Shown piece after piece: positions 59,307 through 64,000 of a DNA stretch of 64,000 bases. Every line of letters begins with the position of its first letter. Positions within the stretch are counted from its first letter, which is position 1. The stretch comes from Lama guanicoe. Lineage: Eukaryota. The translations under genes and the position numbers were made by a program. The stretch spans positions 2,492,477 through 2,556,476 of the forward strand of contig MU056134.1 in NCBI GenBank assembly GCA_013239625.1. The letters are read 5' to 3'. The notes beneath the pieces were generated by a model. The model did not search any database and had not been told where the DNA came from. It saw only the letters and a program-made list of their open reading frames with translations.

Positions 59307-61686
59307 TTTTCTGTCTTCTCAACAAATAGGAAAGTTAAGAGTGCAGTGTGTGATGTTTGGCCAAAGTCCTTAAAATTAAGTGTGAAAATCCACCGGACAA
59401 CATTGTAAACCATGAAAGGCAACAAAAGAAAATATGGCCTTTGAGTTTGCTGGGCTTACTGCTGGACAGCCGGTGGGAGCCAGCCCGGCTTTGTCTCTAA
59501 GCCCTGATCTCAAGCTCGTGTCTGAGTGAGTGTCATGGTCCCCCGTGTTCTCAGCCAGCTGCTCTTCCACATGGCTGCTCCTGCCGCTCAGGGAGAAATC
59601 TTCCATTGAGACAACAGGAAGAGCTTTCTGCAGTGCAAGATAGAGACCTTAACACCATCCAGGCTCACAGCTGCTCTCTCCATCCGGCCAGCCCCACCCA
59701 GAGCTGGCAGGAGCTTTCCTTGTCTGAGCCTCAGCTGACTGGTTCAGTGGAGACAGGAAATTCAGTGAGGTGCATGGGCAGCAAGGTCAGAGGAAAAGCT
59801 GTTAGCTCCCGTCCCCTGGGCCAGTGTAGGGAATTGAGATAGGAGGGAGAAGATGGGGAGGCGTCATCCTGGCATAGTGTTTAAGGAAACCAAGTTCAAA
59901 TGCACTTGAAAGTGGGACCTTCTCTGTAGGAATCCCTTCAGAGTCTGAGCCCAGACCCCAGGTCATGTGATCACTGACACCACGCGGATGGGCTGAGCAC
60001 TGAAAGAGAGGTGAGGGGCTCAGGGAGGGAAAGGCACATGGGTCCACAGCTGGCCCGGAGGCAGTCTCCGAGATGAAATGCATAGTATTAATGGCGCTTC
60101 TTTGAATCCTCCACCTCAAGCCCTGGGGATGAGGGAAGCAGAGAGATTGTTGAAAGCCCCCTGCAAGGGTAGTGAGAGAGTAGAGTAAGGGCCTGCTTGG
60201 GGGCCCCTCTGAGCACACTCACTGCCTGACCAAGATGATTGTCCTGTGGGCTGGGCCAGGCAGCCAGCGCCTGGCCAGGAGCACAGAGACAGTGATGCCA
60301 TCGTGTCCAAAGGGCAGTATCCAAGCCAGACTCCTGTCCTGCCGGGTGGGGGAGGGGAGGGGAGGAGGTAGCTATCTTCCCAGTTGGGCCAAACTCAGCC
60401 TTACGTTCTGCCACATTGCGCGAATCGAGACACAAGGAACTGGGATTTTGTGATCTTGCCTTCAAGCTGGGAGGATAAATTTGAGCCAGTACATGTGTTT
60501 CAGATTAAACCCAGTTGTGAGACAAACACCATCCCTCCTCCTCCCCCAAGAACCACAGCAGCCTTTAAGCACATGGCAGTGGACCTCATGGGCAGTGCAG
60601 GGAAGGGCACCACCCTCTCCCCTGGCTCTGCAAGGAAGATTCCAAGCGGTCCCTTTCAGGACCACCCCACCGTGGTGACCCCACCAGTCCCCAGACAACT
60701 TGCTTTCTGAAGTCTTGAACCCTGAATGAGTCGGGCCAGGGCGCCCATGTGTTTCACTTCCCCATACCCCAGAAAGACTAGCCTTAGGAACAGAACTCCC
60801 TGGCCCATTTCTCCTCCCACCCTCAGCCTGGGGGCTGAACTCCTGGGGGACCAGCATAGGCCAGACAATGATGGGGTTTCCAGGAAGCCTGAAGCTTTTC
60901 TTTGGCCCAGACCCTGTGGCTTGTCCTAGCAAGTGGTTAGGGTGCGGGGCAGGCATTCTCTCCAGCACTGGCAGCTGAGCCCCTAGATCCCATTCACTCA
61001 CTGGCTAAATAGTAGTCATTGTTTGCCAGGGGCCAAAACCCCATTGGTCTCCCAGCTTTTACCAGCAGCTGATTTGGCCAAAGAAAAAGGTTGGGCACTG
61101 GATAGAAGGACCCAGCTGCCCTCCATCCCACCCCTCCATCCCAGCCTCCAACAGTGCCAGCTGCTTGGCATTGTCGGGAAGTTACCTTTGAAATCAATAC
61201 CAGTTGATTTTGAAAAGGCAGCAGGGAGCTGAGCCCAAGCCAAGGCTGGGCTGCAGGACAGGCTGCTTCCCTGGCTGTCCCAGTGGAGGCACAGCTCCTG
61301 GACAGCCTCCCTTCCTCAGGGCTGCAGAGCTCCCCTGAGGTGCTGCCCAGACCTGACCCGAGAGCTCTCTGCTTCTCCCCATCGCCACTCTACTGTGCTG
61401 TAACCCACCCGCTTCATTCTAGAGTCTTTCCAGCCTCTTCTCATGGTGCAGTGGGGTGTGGGGTTAATTGAGTCTAGCCTCCTGACCCTCAACTCCCTCT
61501 GCCCTTTTCACCTGCTTACCCTGGTCCCCGAGCTGCAGGAACTGCTGTCTCCCCACCTCCTCTGCCTTGCACCCCTCTTCTCTGCTCCCTGGAGTACTCC
61601 TGCCTTACCCCAGTACCCCCCAGCCCAGGGGAGCCTCTCCCATCTCCTCCTGACACACGCGCCAGAGCAGAATGGAGCTGCTTTAC

Positions 61687-61800
61687 CTGTGGGTGCGCTG
61701 CAGCAACTCGCCCAGCCTAGGTCTGCACACTGAGGGGACTCTGCAAGCACCAGAGCTTTTTCTGCTGCCTCCCAATCCAGCGTCCAGCTGGCTTCGGATT
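61687..61800 (-). other. SERPINF1: SERPINF1 non-coding exon 1 (5' end approximate)
   Basis: Minus strand reads ...GCTGGACGCTGGATTGGGAGGCAGCAG...CCCACAG|GTAAAG, resembling the human PEDF 5' UTR as I recall it; consensus donor at 61686. Confidence 0.8.
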
Positions 61801-61804
61801 ACAG

Positions 61805-61885
61805 CTACTCCTTTCTTAAAGCGCCCTGCACTCAATTTGGATCCTGTGATTGCATCATTGTCCAGGGTTAACTTTAACCCACTGC
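61805..61885 (-). promoter_or_regulatory. SERPINF1 proximal promoter
   Basis: TATA-like TTTAAGAA at 61813-61820, C/EBP-ATF element TGATGCAAT at 61849-61857, DR1-like GGGTTAAAGTTAA at 61868-61880. Confidence 0.7.
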
Positions 61886-62879
61886 TGCCCTTCCACCTCG
61901 CACCCCCAAGACGCACGCATTCACACACTCGACTCCTCCACCAGACCTTCCTTCAGCGCCCTGGCCCTCCCACCCAAGAGGGTAGCGTGACCAGTCTAGG
62001 TGGGAACTGGGACTGAGAAAGAGTCTCGCAAGGTGAGGCCCAGGAGGCAGGCTGGAGTGGAGAAAACACTGGCCCAGAACTGGGGCTCTAGGATTTTCCT
62101 GGTGCTTGGCTCTGGGACTAACTGGGATTGGGGGCAAGACATTGCTCATAGCCGAAAAATGAAGGGATGGAACTGGAATGTCTGTGGGTTTCTTTAGCCC
62201 TGAAATGCTGATTTCTGAAGATCAGAAAGGGCCGTTGGGAAATACTTGACCCGAGGAAGAAAGGAGGTGGACTGTAAACATTAGTCCTGAGAGGTGGCTG
62301 AGCGTGTGTCTGGCATCCACCTGGGCACCGCAAAAGTCACCTGTGAGGAGAGCACTGAGGCCCTGCTCACCTGGAGGTGTTGAGAGACTGCAGTCCAGTT
62401 GTGAGACTAAAACACTGACGTGGGAAATAATTAGAGAATGTACCAAAACATTTTCTCAGCACCTGTGAGTCCTGATCAAAAGCCTAGTGGTCATTCAGAA
62501 AAGAAAGAAGAGTGCCCTGGGCTATTTAGAGGAAAAGAAAATTTAGGGGAACCTCACCTCATGTGAGGCTCCAGGGAGCAGAGCTAGAGCGTCTGGGTAG
62601 AAATTTCCAATGCACCAGATTCAGCTTTATGTAAGGAAGAGTGTGTCAACAGTCAGAGTTCAGTCCTTTCAACCATAAATTGAGGACCTGTACTCAAGGC
62701 ACCCACTAGGTACTCGGCAGAGAAGGAGTACAAAGATGGTGAAGACTCAGTGCCCACCCTCCAGAAGCTTACTGGCTTATAACAGAGGCTGATATGAGAA
62801 AAGATCCCAGATCCTTCCAGTACAACACGGCACATTCTTTGACAGCAGTCTCTACAACCACTCCATCCTTTACAACAGC

Positions 62880-63136
62880 CATTAGCAACGTGCGGCCACG
62901 GAGCACTTGAGGCCAGTCTGAGCTGTGATCTGCTGTAAGTGTAAAATACACACCAGATTTTGAATAGTGTGAAAAACAATGTAAGCTATCTCAATAATTT
63001 TGACCCTGATTACATATATTGGGTTAACTAAAATATACTATTAAAATTAATTTCACCTATTTCTTTTTTCATAGAGCTGCTAGAAAATCTTAAGTTACGT
63101 GTGCAATTTGCATTGTGTTTCTATTGGACAGCACTG
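62880..63136. mobile_element. MER33/MER3-type hAT MITE fragment
   Basis: gctgtaagtgtaaaatacacaccagatttt...atttctattggacagcactg. Confidence 0.65.
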
Positions 63137-63254
63137 ACCTGTAGGGTCTCATGGCAGCACAGTTGGAATATACGAATCTAAGCTAAGCCTTGAAAGGTGA
63201 ATAAGAATGAGCTAAGGATAGAAAGGTGGGAAGGCATGACTATCCATGTGAACA

Positions 63255-64000
63255 ATTTAAAATTGGATCCCTATCTCACACCATATACAAAAATTAACTA
63301 AAGATGCATTCGAGATTTAAGTGTTTCTGGAAAACAATTTGCAGACCCTTTTCAATGACTTTTTACTTAAGTTATCCATTTATTTTTGAATAGGTGTTTT
63401 GTTCACATGGTGCAAAACTCAAAAGCAACTGAAAATATGCAGTGAATCTTCCTTTCACTCTGATCTCCAAGCCACCTGATTCCACTCCCTGAAGATGGCT
63501 GATGTTAATCTCTTTCCTGTGTATCCTTTCAGAGATCATTTTAATGGTTTAAGAAGCAAATCCAAACACATATATACAACAGGATAAATTGTAAGTGTTT
63601 TAGAAAAATGTATAGATGCATTCCTTTGTGATCTCTGAGTAGGAAAAATTTTTTTAGACAGGACACCAAAAAGAAGCACAAATTATAAAAGACTGACAAA
63701 TCTGGCACTGAAATAAAAAACTTGTTTTCATGGAAAGATACCATAAAACAAAATGAAAAGACAAACCTCACACTAAGAGACAATATTTATAACACAGATA
63801 ACTGATAAAAAAGATTACTTACTGTAACACAGAAAGAACTACAAATCAATTAAAAAAAAAGAAAGAAAAACAATTTAGCAGAAAAATAGGCCCAGATAAT
63901 TCACAGATTAATTGTAAGTGGCCAGTAAACTTACGAAAAGATGTTTTATCCTCCCCAGTAATCAGGAGGAATGCAAATTAAAGCCATAATTTGATGAGCA
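63255..64000 (+). mobile_element. Old L1 ORF2 3' fragments
   Basis: aaattggatccctatctcacaccatatacaaaaattaac..., ...gaaaagatgtt...atgcaaattaaa. Confidence 0.7.

Noticed and set aside
58087-62446. Many 60-179 aa ORFs in SERPINF1 intron 1 and upstream
   Set aside because: GC-rich intronic sequence, no recognisable domain, no consistent splice structure, and ORFs on both strands

Overview
Mammalian genomic DNA carrying the conserved RPA1-SMYD4-SERPINF1 neighbourhood. (1) The first five coding exons of RPA1 (RPA70 N-terminal OB domain) lie on the minus strand; the gene runs off the left edge. (2) A CpG-island bidirectional promoter at ~18.4-19.0 kb is shared head-to-head with SMYD4. (3) SMYD4 is complete on the plus strand (10 coding exons, 2406 nt, 801 aa). 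(4) SERPINF1/PEDF is complete on the minus strand (non-coding exon 1 plus 7 coding exons, 1248 nt, 415 aa), tail-to-tail with SMYD4. All exon boundaries were read manually as GT-AG with consistent phases. Introns are dense with L1, L2, MIR, MER21 and MLT1 LTRs and hAT-family DNA transposons. Four tRNA-Ala(AGC)-derived SINEs and a young L1 family point to a camelid genome (inference). There is one 196-nt assembly gap. I see no new protein-coding system. The most interesting unexplained structure is in SERPINF1 intron 5: an in-frame read-through stop that overlaps an AATAAA, followed by a hairpin that sequesters a consensus 5' splice site, with the stop/PAS motif duplicated 787 bp further on. 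Repeat family names and ortholog comparisons are from memory, not from database searches.
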